From a virus (Duplodnaviria > Caudoviricetes): a stretch of 64,000 bases of DNA. Within the stretch, counting starts at the first letter, position 1. Each line of letters begins with the position of its first letter. The DNA is taken from the IMG/VR virus record IMGVR_UViG_642973577_000001, positions 100,603 to 164,602 of that record. The stretch is one strand, 5' to 3'. This document shows, piece by piece, positions 9,210-18,716 of the stretch. A program made the position numbers and the translations under genes. The notes beneath the pieces are model-generated. The model had not been told where the DNA came from and did no database searches. It was given only the letters and a program-made list of their open reading frames with translations.

Positions 9210-12200
9210 ATGAGCATCAGCAACGCCGATTACGTTGCTCTTCACAACCACGGCGACACCAGCTTCCTGGACGGTCGCGCCCGCCACGAGGAGATCGTGG
9301 AGCGCGCCGTCGAGCTGGGGAACGAGGCCGTCAGCCTGACCGACCACGATGAGGTCAACGGCCACATCAACATGTGGAACCTGTGCCAGAAGGCGGGCAT
9401 CAAGTTCGTCCCCGGCGCGGAGCAGCGGTGGCTGATGGACCCCGAGGAGTCGCGCCGACTCTCCACGAGCGGCTACGACTACAGCCACATCTGCCTGCTG
9501 GCCGAGAACAACGAGGGCCTCAAGAACCTCTGGACCCTCTCGTCGCTGGCCTACGAACCCGGCAACTTCTACCGGTACCCGCAGCTCAACCCGCCGCTGA
9601 TGAAGCAGTACGCCAGCGGCCTGTGGGCCTCCGACGGCTGCGGCCTGACCCGGTTCGCCGGGTACATCGAGGAGGACGACGAGGAGAGCGCCCGCCAGGA
9701 GTGGGCGGTCCTGCTGGACATCTTCGGCGACCGGTTCTACTCGGAGCTGCACACGTTCAAGTTCCTGGAGAGCGAGGATCGACCGCTCGACGCCAAGGAG
9801 CGCGAGATCAACGCCAAGATCACGAAGATGAACCACGCCAAGGTCCGGTTCGCCCAGGAGATGGGCGTGCCGCTGGTGGTCGTGAACGACGCCCACTACG
9901 CCTGGGAGCGGGACTGGAAGCAGCACCGCCTGGTGTGGAAGATGAACACCAAGAACAAGAAGGACCAGAGCGAGGGCAACGCTCACGCGGCGGACTGGAT
10001 GATGTCCGCCGACGAGCTGGTCCACTACATGGGCCTGCACGGCATCTCACGGTCGATCGTCGAGGAGGCGGTCAAGAACACCCGCATGATCGCCGACAGC
10101 TGCACGGTGGAGATCAAGCCGACCATCAACATGCCTCGGCTGCACGACACCGACGAGGAGGACCGTGCGGCCTTCCTGCGCTCGTGCGAGGAGGGGTTCA
10201 AGCGGTTCGTCACCGACAAGGGTCTCGACGAGGAGACCTACCGGGCGCGGCTGGAGCGCGAGCAGAAGCTGATCATCGACAAGGACTTCTACGGGTACTT
10301 CAACGTGGTCAGCGACTACATGCTGGCCGCACGCTCGGGCGAGTACATCAAGTGGGTCAAGCCTGGTGCCAAGCCCAAGCCGTGCATCTGCGGCCCTGGC
10401 CGTGGCTCCGGCGGCGGCTCGCTGGTGAACTACCTGCTGGGCATCACCTCGCTCGACCCGATCAAGTACGACCTGTCGTTCGAGCGGTTCATCAACCCCG
10501 ACCGCCCCGACTTCCCCGACATCGACGTCGACTTCCAGAAGAGCCACCGCAAGGACCTGCTCGGGTACATGGCTGCCCGGTACGGCGGCGACAAGGTGGT
10601 CGCGATCGGCACGAAGGCCAAGAGCGGACCGGCGCGTGCGATCCAGGACCTGTGCAAGGCCCTCGGCATCGACTTCAAGGACAGCCTGGCCATGTCCAAG
10701 CTCATCAAGAAGGTCGACTTCTCGGACACCAACGACTACGAGGTCAACCCCGACTACGTGCCGCCGACGTGGGAGGAGACGCTGGAGCTGATCGGTGGCG
10801 AGCTGCAGCCGTACATGGAGAAGTACGCCGACACCGGCCTGTTCCGCTACGCGCAGGACATGGTGGGCCTGAGTCGCCAGGCGGGCGTGCACGCGGCTGG
10901 CATCTTCATGGACACCGATCCGATCCTGGGCAAGGCACCGACCCGTCGCAAGGGCGGCTCCCCGGACGCTCCGGTGGCCACCCAGTTCGACATGGAGGAG
11001 ATGGCCTGGCTCGGCGCGGTCAAGATGGACTTCCTGTCCAACAAGGGCCTGGACGTCCTGTCGATCGCCCGCGACCTGATCTGGGAGCGCCACGGCAAGT
11101 GGATCGACTACGACGGCTTCCTCTACGGCGCGCCGCCCGAGGGTGCCGAGATCATCCACATGGACGACGACAAGTACGCCGACCCCACCATCTGGGAGCA
11201 GATCGACCTCGGCCACACGGCGGGCATCTTCCAGATCAACACCCCGTCGGGCACCAAGCAGGCGAAGCGGTTCAAGCCGCGCAACCTCAAGGACCTGGCC
11301 GACCTCGTGTCGGTCAACCGACCGGGCGTGCTGCGGGTGCCTGGCCTGCTGGACCGCTACATGCGGCGTCGGCACGGCGAGGAGGAGATCACCTACGACC
11401 ACCCGCTGCTGGAGCAGGTGACCGGCCACACGATGGGCATCCTGGTCTACCAGGAGGACCTGGTGGCCGCGTGCCGCCTGCTGGCCAACTTCACCCCCGG
11501 CGAGGGCGAGACGCTGCGTAAGGCGATCGGCAAGAAGAAGCTGGACCTGATGCAGAGCTTCAAGGGCCAGTTTCTGGAGGGCTGCATGGCCAACCGCGAG
11601 TTCACCCGCCAGGGTGGCAACCGGGCGCTCGCCGAGCGCATCTGGCAGCAGATGATCGCCTCGGCCAGCTACGCCTTCAACAAGGCCCACGCCATGGGCT
11701 ACGCGATGCAGGCCGTGCAGGAGATCTGGGTCAAGGCCCACTACTTCCAGGAGTTCGAGACCGGCTGCCTGGCCGTCTACGGCGAGGACGTCAAGGACGG
11801 CGAGAAGAAGTCGCTGGTGTTCCTCCGGGAGTGCCGCCGTCGCAAGCAGCCGGTGCTGCCGCCCGACGTCAACCAGAGCCAGGAGCGGTTCAGCCTGACC
11901 GACGATGGCATCCGGTACGGGCTGATCGACATCAACGGCATCGGCCCGTCGGTGATCCCCGACATCATCAAGAACCGCCCGTACGTCGACCTGCAGGACT
12001 ACCTGGACCGCACCAAGAAGGGTCTGGGCGGCAAGCGCGGCGTCGTCGACAACCTGGTCAAGATCGGCGCATTCGACTGGACCGGCCAGAGCCGCTCGGA
12101 CATGCTCGATCAGGTCTACTACCACTGGTGCCGGATGGAGATCGCCGAGAAGAAGCGCAACAGCATCTCGGTCGAGGAAACCGACAAGATCGTCTGGGAC

Positions 12201-12626
12201 AAGTGGCGGAAGAACCCCGACAAGTTCCCTCGGTTCAAGTTCGACAAGCCCGAGGTCGTGCAGAAGATCGAGGAGGATCTGGTCGGCACGTTCATCACCC
12301 GTGACCCGATGGGACCCTACGTCTCCATGATCGAGGGCGAGTGCATCCAGCACCCGACCGACATGGAGGACTTCCGCACCGGCCAGCGGTTCGTGATCGG
12401 CGGCGAGCTGATGCGCATCCACAAGCACCAGGCCCGCAACGGCGAGATGGCCTTCCTGACGGTCCGGTGGAATGAGGAGGACTTCGAGTTCCTCGCGTTC
12501 AACGACAGCTGGAAGGCCTGCAAGCCGATGCTGTCGGTAGGCGCGCCCGTGGCGTGCGAAGTGATCAAGCTAGACGGTGATTCAGCCAACCTGAGCACCG
12601 TCGTGAGACTAGACTGGATGGACTGA
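9210..12626 (+). CDS. dnaE: DNA polymerase III alpha subunit
   Basis: PHP LHNH..SFLDG, GPGRGSGGGSLV, FERFINP.RPDFPDIDVDF, HAAG, YAFNKAHA, C-terminal OB fold. Confidence 0.97.
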   Translation: MSISNADYVALHNHGDTSFLDGRARHEEIVERAVELGNEAVSLTDHDEVNGHINMWNLCQKAGIKFVPGAEQRWLMDPEESRRLSTSGYDYSHICLLAENNEGLKNLWTLSSLAYEPGNFYRYPQLNPPLMKQYASGLWASDGCGLTRFAGYIEEDDEESARQEWAVLLDIFGDRFYSELHTFKFLESEDRPLDAKEREINAKITKMNHAKVRFAQEMGVPLVVVNDAHYAWERDWKQHRLVWKMNTKNKKDQSEGNAHAADWMMSADELVHYMGLHGISRSIVEEAVKNTRMIADSCTVEIKPTINMPRLHDTDEEDRAAFLRSCEEGFKRFVTDKGLDEETYRARLEREQKLIIDKDFYGYFNVVSDYMLAARSGEYIKWVKPGAKPKPCICGPGRGSGGGSLVNYLLGITSLDPIKYDLSFERFINPDRPDFPDIDVDFQKSHRKDLLGYMAARYGGDKVVAIGTKAKSGPARAIQDLCKALGIDFKDSLAMSKLIKKVDFSDTNDYEVNPDYVPPTWEETLELIGGELQPYMEKYADTGLFRYAQDMVGLSRQAGVHAAGIFMDTDPILGKAPTRRKGGSPDAPVATQFDMEEMAWLGAVKMDFLSNKGLDVLSIARDLIWERHGKWIDYDGFLYGAPPEGAEIIHMDDDKYADPTIWEQIDLGHTAGIFQINTPSGTKQAKRFKPRNLKDLADLVSVNRPGVLRVPGLLDRYMRRRHGEEEITYDHPLLEQVTGHTMGILVYQEDLVAACRLLANFTPGEGETLRKAIGKKKLDLMQSFKGQFLEGCMANREFTRQGGNRALAERIWQQMIASASYAFNKAHAMGYAMQAVQEIWVKAHYFQEFETGCLAVYGEDVKDGEKKSLVFLRECRRRKQPVLPPDVNQSQERFSLTDDGIRYGLIDINGIGPSVIPDIIKNRPYVDLQDYLDRTKKGLGGKRGVVDNLVKIGAFDWTGQSRSDMLDQVYYHWCRMEIAEKKRNSISVEETDKIVWDKWRKNPDKFPRFKFDKPEVVQKIEEDLVGTFITRDPMGPYVSMIEGECIQHPTDMEDFRTGQRFVIGGELMRIHKHQARNGEMAFLTVRWNEEDFEFLAFNDSWKACKPMLSVGAPVACEVIKLDGDSANLSTVVRLDWMD

Positions 12627-13741
12627 TGGCAAACGCGCAAAAGCTGCTGGACAGCATCAACAAGAAGTACGGCGAAGGCACCATGATGCGTGCCAGCGAG
12701 GTTCCGGTGCATCCGGCGATCCACTCGGGCAGCTACGCGCTCGACTACGCGATCGGCATCGGCGGACTGCCCCAGGACCGCACCATCGAGATCGGCGGCG
12801 GCGAGGGCTGCGGCAAGACGACGCTGGCTCTGCTGGCCATGGTCCAGTTCCTCACCGACCCGGCCAACGAGGGCCGCTCGGCGCTGATCCTGGACATGGA
12901 GCACAAGCTCACGATGAGCTGGGTGCGCGAGCTGATCGGCGACGAGCTGATGGACTCCGACCGGGTGCTCTACGCCCAGCCCGACCACATCGAGCAGGCC
13001 ACCAACATCTTCGTCGACCTGGTGAGCACCGGAGAGGTCTGCTACGTCCTCTACGACTCGATCGGCGGCTCGGCGGGCATGGCCGTGGTCCAGAAGGAGG
13101 CCGAGAAGGCTCAGGTCGGCGGTGACGCCAAGGCCATCGGTCGGCTGCTCAACCTGGCCAACATCTACTGCTCCAAGTACCGGTGCCTGGGCGTGTTCAT
13201 CAACCAGGAGCGCGACGATATGGACGGCTACCGCCGGTACATGACCCCTGGTGGCCGCAAGGCCAAGTACATGTTCATCCTGCGCATCCGGCTCAAGGCC
13301 TCCACCAAGGCCGAGGACAAGATCATCCGCAAGATCAACGGCGAGGAGCGCCAGATCGGCACGCTCATCAACGCCACGATCATGAAGAACCAGCTGGCCG
13401 CGCCGTTCCGGTCGGCCAAGTGGAACATGTACAACGTCTGGACCGAGGAGTTCGGGTTCGGCATCGACACCACCGAAGAGGTGGTGCGTCTGGGCACCGC
13501 GACCGGCGTCATCCAGGGCAGCGGCTGGTACACCCACCCGGCGTTCCCCGGCGGCAAGCTGCAGGGCATGAAGGGCATCCAGGCGGCGGTCAAGGAGGAC
13601 CCGAAGCTGCGCGACACGCTCGTGAGCGAGATCCTGGCCGCGCTCAAGGGCGACGAGGACCTGGCCGCGTCCATCGCGCCGATCGACACCGAGGCGGCGG
13701 AGATGATGTCGCAGCTGGAGAGGCAGGACGCCGATGCCTGA
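12626..13741 (+). CDS. recA: RecA-like recombinase
   Basis: SGSYALDYAIGIGGLP, GGEGCGKTT, DMEH, FINQER, TPGG. Confidence 0.95.
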   Translation: MANAQKLLDSINKKYGEGTMMRASEVPVHPAIHSGSYALDYAIGIGGLPQDRTIEIGGGEGCGKTTLALLAMVQFLTDPANEGRSALILDMEHKLTMSWVRELIGDELMDSDRVLYAQPDHIEQATNIFVDLVSTGEVCYVLYDSIGGSAGMAVVQKEAEKAQVGGDAKAIGRLLNLANIYCSKYRCLGVFINQERDDMDGYRRYMTPGGRKAKYMFILRIRLKASTKAEDKIIRKINGEERQIGTLINATIMKNQLAAPFRSAKWNMYNVWTEEFGFGIDTTEEVVRLGTATGVIQGSGWYTHPAFPGGKLQGMKGIQAAVKEDPKLRDTLVSEILAALKGDEDLAASIAPIDTEAAEMMSQLERQDADA

Positions 13742-14141
13742 CACCGACCCGAGTTTCTACGTCACGCTCAAGTTCCAGAAGGGTGCTCTGGACACCACAG
13801 ATGGGCGCTCAGGCTACCGGTACAAGCCCGGTGCCCGGATGTACCCGACCAAGCAGCCTGCGAGCGCCATGAGGCGCAGGTGGCTGGGCGAGGGCTACGA
13901 CGTCCGCCTGGCCCGTGTGTGGATCGACGAGGACGGCCAGCCGCACATCGAGTACTGCGACCAGGACGACAACATCAAGCCCGTCTGCAGGGCCACCAGG
14001 ACCCGGCAGCGCAGCTACCCGCCGGGGACTACCTACGTCGACCGGCTCTGCGTTCTGGACGCCGACCACGGCGGCAGGCACTGCACCACCCGGCAGCGGA
14101 CCCGCTACAACGAGTTCGACGCCGACGGCGAGACCTCGTGA
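13734..14141 (+). CDS. hypothetical protein
   Basis: Overlaps recA stop; SD AGGA; Cys/His-rich C-terminus. Confidence 0.65.
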   Translation: MPDTDPSFYVTLKFQKGALDTTDGRSGYRYKPGARMYPTKQPASAMRRRWLGEGYDVRLARVWIDEDGQPHIEYCDQDDNIKPVCRATRTRQRSYPPGTTYVDRLCVLDADHGGRHCTTRQRTRYNEFDADGETS

Positions 14142-14491
14142 GGCAGCAGCCTGGCTGGGAGGCCTGGGAGAGCCACGTCAACGAGACCCTGGGTCTGTCC
14201 GGTACCGCCGGGTCAGGTAACCAGTGGTACGAGAAGGGCGATGGAGTAGACAAGAGCGACTCCGAGTACGCCTTCCAGGTCGAGTCGAAATACACTGAAC
14301 AGACGGGGTTCAGGGTCACCAAGGTCGTTGGTGACTACGCGAAGCAGGCCGCGATGGCGGGCAAGAAGTTCGCCCTGTGTGTGCGGATCTGGGGTCGTGG
14401 GCAGAAACAACCCAGCGACTATGCGGTGATCCCGTTCGAGGTGTTCGTGGATCTGGTCGAGAGAGCCAAGGAGGCAGAGCAGCGTGGCTAA
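14138..14491 (+). CDS. PD-(D/E)XK nuclease, Holliday junction resolvase-like
   Basis: GTGA overlap; WE..V...LG...GSG...KGD...VESK motif. Confidence 0.7.
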   Translation: MRQQPGWEAWESHVNETLGLSGTAGSGNQWYEKGDGVDKSDSEYAFQVESKYTEQTGFRVTKVVGDYAKQAAMAGKKFALCVRIWGRGQKQPSDYAVIPFEVFVDLVERAKEAEQRG

Positions 14492-15260
14492 AAGCGGGTT
14501 CGGGCTGGGCCGCGACGTCTTCCGGTCGCTGGGCGATCGGGAGATCGTTGCCCCCTACCTCAAGAACGCCATGCTGGACCCGAAGTGGCCGTCGAAGTAC
14601 ACCATCACCGTCGACAGCTCGCCCTACTACGGCCTCGGCGACGGCTACTTCCACCCCTCCACCCACGGCCTGATGGGCGAGCGCGAGCTGTACTACCGGT
14701 TCCACCCCGAGCACCGCGCCAACCTGCTGTTCGACCCGCACGACTTCAACACCGAGATGACCTTCGCCCAGGGCACCGCCCTGCACGCCGTGGTCCAGAC
14801 CCAGCTCCAGATGGTCAAGATCCTTCGCCCGGAGAACGTGGAGAAGGAGTTCATCATCACCGAGCACCACGTGCGCGGGCGGACCGACATGGTGGTCGAC
14901 CACCCCACCGAGGGCGAGCTGCCGGTGGAGTTGAAGACCCAGAACAGCCGCGCCTTCGCCTTCCAGGAGGACATCAAGGACACGTGGAACCTGCAGCTCA
15001 ACATGGCCCTGTACGGCCTGGGCTACGACAAGGGTGTGCTGCTGGTCCTGGAGGCCGCACGGCCATTCCGCACTCGCGAGTTCACCGTCTACCGCGACGA
15101 CGAGCTGCTGGCCCGGACGTTCGCCAAGTTCGACTACGTGCGCGAGTGCATCGAGAACAACACCCCGCCGCCGCATTGTTGCAGTAAGGGGTCCAAGACG
15201 ATGGAGGCCTGCCCAGCGCGGTACGAGTGCTGGCTGGCCAGTGAGGTGAGAAGTGCCTGA
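14484..15260 (+). CDS. Cas4/RecB-family exonuclease
   Basis: GTALH, GRTD, VELKT, Q motif, C-terminal Cys cluster. Confidence 0.85.
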   Translation: MAKSGFGLGRDVFRSLGDREIVAPYLKNAMLDPKWPSKYTITVDSSPYYGLGDGYFHPSTHGLMGERELYYRFHPEHRANLLFDPHDFNTEMTFAQGTALHAVVQTQLQMVKILRPENVEKEFIITEHHVRGRTDMVVDHPTEGELPVELKTQNSRAFAFQEDIKDTWNLQLNMALYGLGYDKGVLLVLEAARPFRTREFTVYRDDELLARTFAKFDYVRECIENNTPPPHCCSKGSKTMEACPARYECWLASEVRSA

Positions 15261-15393
15261 TAACGAGGAGCGTCTGCGGGACGCTATCGAAGCCGCCGAG
15301 ACCGGCGTGAAGACGAAGATCGGGAAGCCCCGCCACGAGGCTCCCGACGTCTGCAACGTGTGCAACCTGGACCACGTGGGGGAGTGCTTCTGA
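15253..15393 (+). CDS. small zinc-finger protein (46 aa)
   Basis: GAGGTG SD, GTG start, MPDNEERL...CNVCNLDHVGECF. Confidence 0.7.
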   Translation: MPDNEERLRDAIEAAETGVKTKIGKPRHEAPDVCNVCNLDHVGECF

Positions 15394-15394
15394 G

Positions 15395-15679
15395 ATGACG
15401 ACCGCGACCAAGACCGATGCCGTCGAGCTGGTGCTGGAGGAGCTGGACTTCTCTCCCACCTGCGAGATCCGCGTGTCCTGGTCGTTCAAGGTCTTCGGGT
15501 TCACCTTCCGGTTGCCGCCGGGGAAGCGGTGCGACAAGCCCGCGCCGTGGATCGGTCGTCTGCCCTGCTGTGGCCATCATGTCCTGGTCTGCGACGGCCA
15601 CCGTCGCGACCGCACCATCGGCTTCCCGCACTGCGGGCACCGTTGGCAGTACCTACACCTCACCTGGAGCAAGATCTGA
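15395..15679 (+). CDS. Cys-rich hypothetical protein
   Basis: ORF with CCGH..C..H..CGH; coupled on both sides. Confidence 0.7.
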   Translation: MTTATKTDAVELVLEELDFSPTCEIRVSWSFKVFGFTFRLPPGKRCDKPAPWIGRLPCCGHHVLVCDGHRRDRTIGFPHCGHRWQYLHLTWSKI

Positions 15680-16047
15680 TGGCCAACCCCAACGGACGCA
15701 AGGGCAGCTCGTTCGAGCGCCTGGAGGCCGACTACTTCAAGGAGAACTGGCCCGACGCCGCCGCCGAGTTCATCGACCGGCAGGTCAAGGTCGGCAGCCG
15801 CGACGTCGGTGACCTTGCCAACGTCCGCCTGGGCAAACACAAGATCGCCGTCGAGTTGAAGAACGTCCGGGGCATGAACCTGGCCGGTTGGGTCAAGGAA
15901 GCCCAGGAAGAGGCCCAGAACCTGGACGCCATCGCTGGCATTGTCGTCCACAAGAGGGTGAAGCACGGCAAACCCGGCGAGCAGTATCTCACCATGACGG
16001 TCGACGACCTGATCAACATCATCCACGCAGCAAGGAGTACACAGTGA
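15679..16047 (+). CDS. Holliday junction resolvase (Hjc-like PD-(D/E)XK)
   Basis: MANPNGRKGSSFE...DVGDL...AVELKN...W..EAQEEA. Confidence 0.85.
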   Translation: MANPNGRKGSSFERLEADYFKENWPDAAAEFIDRQVKVGSRDVGDLANVRLGKHKIAVELKNVRGMNLAGWVKEAQEEAQNLDAIAGIVVHKRVKHGKPGEQYLTMTVDDLINIIHAARSTQ

Positions 16048-16757
16048 CACGTACTGGAGACCTCGCGACCGACGTCGCACAGGATCTGCACGACAAGCAC
16101 CTCGCAGCCGTGGAGGTGATGGGCGAGGTAGAGGTGGACCAAGAGTCGCCCATGCGCGGTGACGTCAAGAAGAGCCTCTTCCACCGGCTGGAGTTCCGCT
16201 GGCGCAAGGACGACGAGAAGATCCTCACGGCCATCCGCGCCGCCGTCGACCGCAGCTTCATGGAGCTGTACGGAGAGGCCATCGAAGCCATCGACATGCT
16301 CTACGGCGAGATGCGGGTGCCTGTAGTAGACGACAACGGCGTTGTAGAACACGACAGCGCAGGTAGAGTAGTCTGGCAGAAGGACTCTAGAGGTCGTGAG
16401 ATCGAGGACTGGAGTCAGCTAACAGGACAAGACATCGAGACGGCGCTGCTGCGCATCGCATACATCAAGCTCACTCTCGCACCCCAGCTGAACGATCTGC
16501 TTCTCGAAGCGGTGTTTGCCAAGCATGTCGCCGACGATGCCTTCGCGGATGCGTACGAGGAACTCCTGGACGACACCATTCCGGCCAGGAACGCGCACGC
16601 CTCCCGCAAATCGCGTGTCGACAAGTACCACGCATTCTTCCGCTACTACCTCTACAGCCACGCTGAGGTATTCATGAAGGAGCTGAACAACTTCGCTCGG
16701 GTGCTGGAACGAATCCGGTACTGGAGGATCGACGAAGGTGGGAAGACAGCTCCCTAG
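16044..16757 (+). CDS. hypothetical protein
   Basis: AAGGAG SD, GTGA overlap. Confidence 0.8.
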   Translation: MTRTGDLATDVAQDLHDKHLAAVEVMGEVEVDQESPMRGDVKKSLFHRLEFRWRKDDEKILTAIRAAVDRSFMELYGEAIEAIDMLYGEMRVPVVDDNGVVEHDSAGRVVWQKDSRGREIEDWSQLTGQDIETALLRIAYIKLTLAPQLNDLLLEAVFAKHVADDAFADAYEELLDDTIPARNAHASRKSRVDKYHAFFRYYLYSHAEVFMKELNNFARVLERIRYWRIDEGGKTAP

Positions 16758-17631
16758 TTACGACCCCGACAAGGACGGGCCTTATGACACGTCCAAGCGG
16801 CGCAGGGAGATCTTCAAGCGCGTCTACCAGAACATGGAGCGATGGCGCGCTCAGCAGGAGGACTACGGCATGTCGCCGTTCATGGAGTCCCCCGACGGCG
16901 AGACGATCTACTACGGGGACCTGATGACCGGTCTGCCCGTGCTGGCAGCCACAGCCCCTCAGCAGCTCAAGGCGTTCGAGCGCATCTGCCTCAAGGAGTA
17001 CACCGAGAGTGCCGCGACAGCAGAGATCCTCCCTGACTCCAAGTGGTCGACCCCGGTGCAGCAGTACTCTGACGATGCCCTGCGGAAGATGATCGCAGCG
17101 TATGATGCTGTTCAGGACGGCACCTGGGACCCAGTTGAGGCCGTCAAGAAGAAGAAGCGCCGCCCACCACAGCCAAAGGAAGACCCCATCGTGACCAGTG
17201 TCGAAACAGCCCCGGAAGTGCCGGAGGACGTCCAGGACGAGACGCCGCTCAAGTCGAGCCGCATCGCCCACCTGGACTGGACAACGTGCTCCGCCGAGAA
17301 CCAGCGTCTCGCGGACTACATCAACTCGATCGCGAATGTGGGTATCACCGGGCAGCAGGTCAAGGCCTTGGCCTTCCTGCGCAAGCCCTGGTACCGGTCT
17401 GCTGAGGAGCAGGCCATCCGCAAGGAGGAGGCCGACCGCAAGGAGGCCGAGAAGGCGAAGTACGCCTACGAAACTGACGAGCAGCGTGCGAAGCGGTTCG
17501 AGGCCGCTCGCCGTCTCAAGGCGGCAGAGGCCGCTCAGGAGAAGGCTCGTCAGGCCATGGAAGAGGTACGCCAGCTGCGCATCGAGGCGGGGCTGGACCC
17601 AGACACGGGAGAACCTGCCAATGCCGCATAA
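16738..17631 (+). CDS. putative regulator with a sigma70 region-4-like HTH and a coiled-coil tail
   Basis: GGAGG SD; APQQLKAFERICLKEYTESAAT...VQQYSDDALRKM resembles the region 4 pattern. Confidence 0.5.
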   Translation: MGRQLPSYDPDKDGPYDTSKRRREIFKRVYQNMERWRAQQEDYGMSPFMESPDGETIYYGDLMTGLPVLAATAPQQLKAFERICLKEYTESAATAEILPDSKWSTPVQQYSDDALRKMIAAYDAVQDGTWDPVEAVKKKKRRPPQPKEDPIVTSVETAPEVPEDVQDETPLKSSRIAHLDWTTCSAENQRLADYINSIANVGITGQQVKALAFLRKPWYRSAEEQAIRKEEADRKEAEKAKYAYETDEQRAKRFEAARRLKAAEAAQEKARQAMEEVRQLRIEAGLDPDTGEPANAA

Positions 17632-17681
17632 GTACACGCTCGCCGAAGTCGGCACCTTGACCCGAAGGGTTCGACTTCACC

Positions 17682-17948
17682 ATGACGTCCATGCGCTTGA
17701 CGAGCGGTCCGAACTACTCCCTGGAGGCCCAGGCCAACGAGCTGCTGCGTGAGTCCCGCAAGGGGGTAACCAAGCTCTCCGAGAAGAAGGACTTCCTGAC
17801 CGAGGACCAGCTGGAGCTGCGCTGGGAGAAGGAGGTGCCCAACGGGCACGGCTTCCCGGAGGCTCACCTTGTCAGCGGGCTGTTCAAGCGGTCCTACAAC
17901 CCGCTGGCGGGCAAGCGACCGTCGCGCCAGCACCGTGACGATGGGTAG
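17682..17948 (+). CDS. hypothetical protein (may begin at 17621 through a frameshift)
   Basis: Good codon bias; see the finding at 17621-17948. Confidence 0.65.
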   Translation: MTSMRLTSGPNYSLEAQANELLRESRKGVTKLSEKKDFLTEDQLELRWEKEVPNGHGFPEAHLVSGLFKRSYNPLAGKRPSRQHRDDG

Positions 17949-18716
17949 GTGACCATGACCCTCTCCGAGGGCGAACTGAACCGGCAGGTGTCCCGCGAGG
18001 TGGCCCGAGTTCGCGACCAGGCCGGGTCTGTGCCCGGACGCACCCGTGGCCAGAAGTGCCGCATCTGCTCGGACCCCGACGCCCGCCGCCGCGTCAACAG
18101 CTTGCTCTCGATCGGCATGGGTCCCACCGAGATCGTCCGCAACCTCGAAGACATCAACCTCAAGCGCAAGAAGAACGCCCAGATCGGCTTCTGGTCGGTC
18201 CGCGACCACCGCGAGAACCACTTCAACATCCAGGAGCCTGCCAAGGCAGCCATCCTCCGCATGCTGGAGGACGAGTACCAGCGCGAGCACTCTGACCTGC
18301 TCGCCGAGGGCGTCGGCAACATCCTGACCGGGCGCGGCTACCTCAAGATCGTGGCCCAGAAGGGCTTCCAGCAGCTCATCAAGGACGACACCACCGTCGG
18401 CTTCACCACGGGCCTGGAGGCCCAGCTCAAGCTCGACGAGCTGGAGAAGGACGACCGCGACCAGGCCGAGCGCGCCATGCTCCGCCGCGACGTCGGCCTC
18501 ATCCAGCAGGCCATCCGCGAGGAGTTCACCGAGGAAGAGATGCGCCGCCTGTCGCGCCGCCTCAACATCCTGCGTGGCGTGACCACCGAGGAAGACGAGG
18601 ACGAGGACGACGATGATCAGATCATCGACGCCGAGGTCGACGAGGACGATGAAGAGGGCGGCGAGGTCGCAGACTTCGTGATGGGCCACGACGACGAAGA
18701 TCCCCTGGAGGACTAG
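17949..18716 (+). CDS. zinc-finger/HTH protein with acidic tail
   Basis: CRIC...H...H motif flanking an HTH-like segment. Confidence 0.75.
   Translation: MTMTLSEGELNRQVSREVARVRDQAGSVPGRTRGQKCRICSDPDARRRVNSLLSIGMGPTEIVRNLEDINLKRKKNAQIGFWSVRDHRENHFNIQEPAKAAILRMLEDEYQREHSDLLAEGVGNILTGRGYLKIVAQKGFQQLIKDDTTVGFTTGLEAQLKLDELEKDDRDQAERAMLRRDVGLIQQAIREEFTEEEMRRLSRRLNILRGVTTEEDEDEDDDDQIIDAEVDEDDEEGGEVADFVMGHDDEDPLED

Noticed and set aside
9374-11521. 715-aa alternative-frame ORF inside dnaE
   Set aside because: Arg/Pro/Gly-rich off-frame translation typical of high-GC DNA
10047-12428. Long minus-strand ORFs (also 48388-50304, 41464-43077, 35205-36785, 30683-32182, 59941-61413 and others)
   Set aside because: Antisense shadows of GC3-biased + strand genes; no recognisable motifs, and they fully overlap clear genes
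14484-15260. Cas4 as evidence of a CRISPR system
   Set aside because: No repeat-spacer array or other cas genes seen; solo Cas4-like nucleases are common in phage recombination modules
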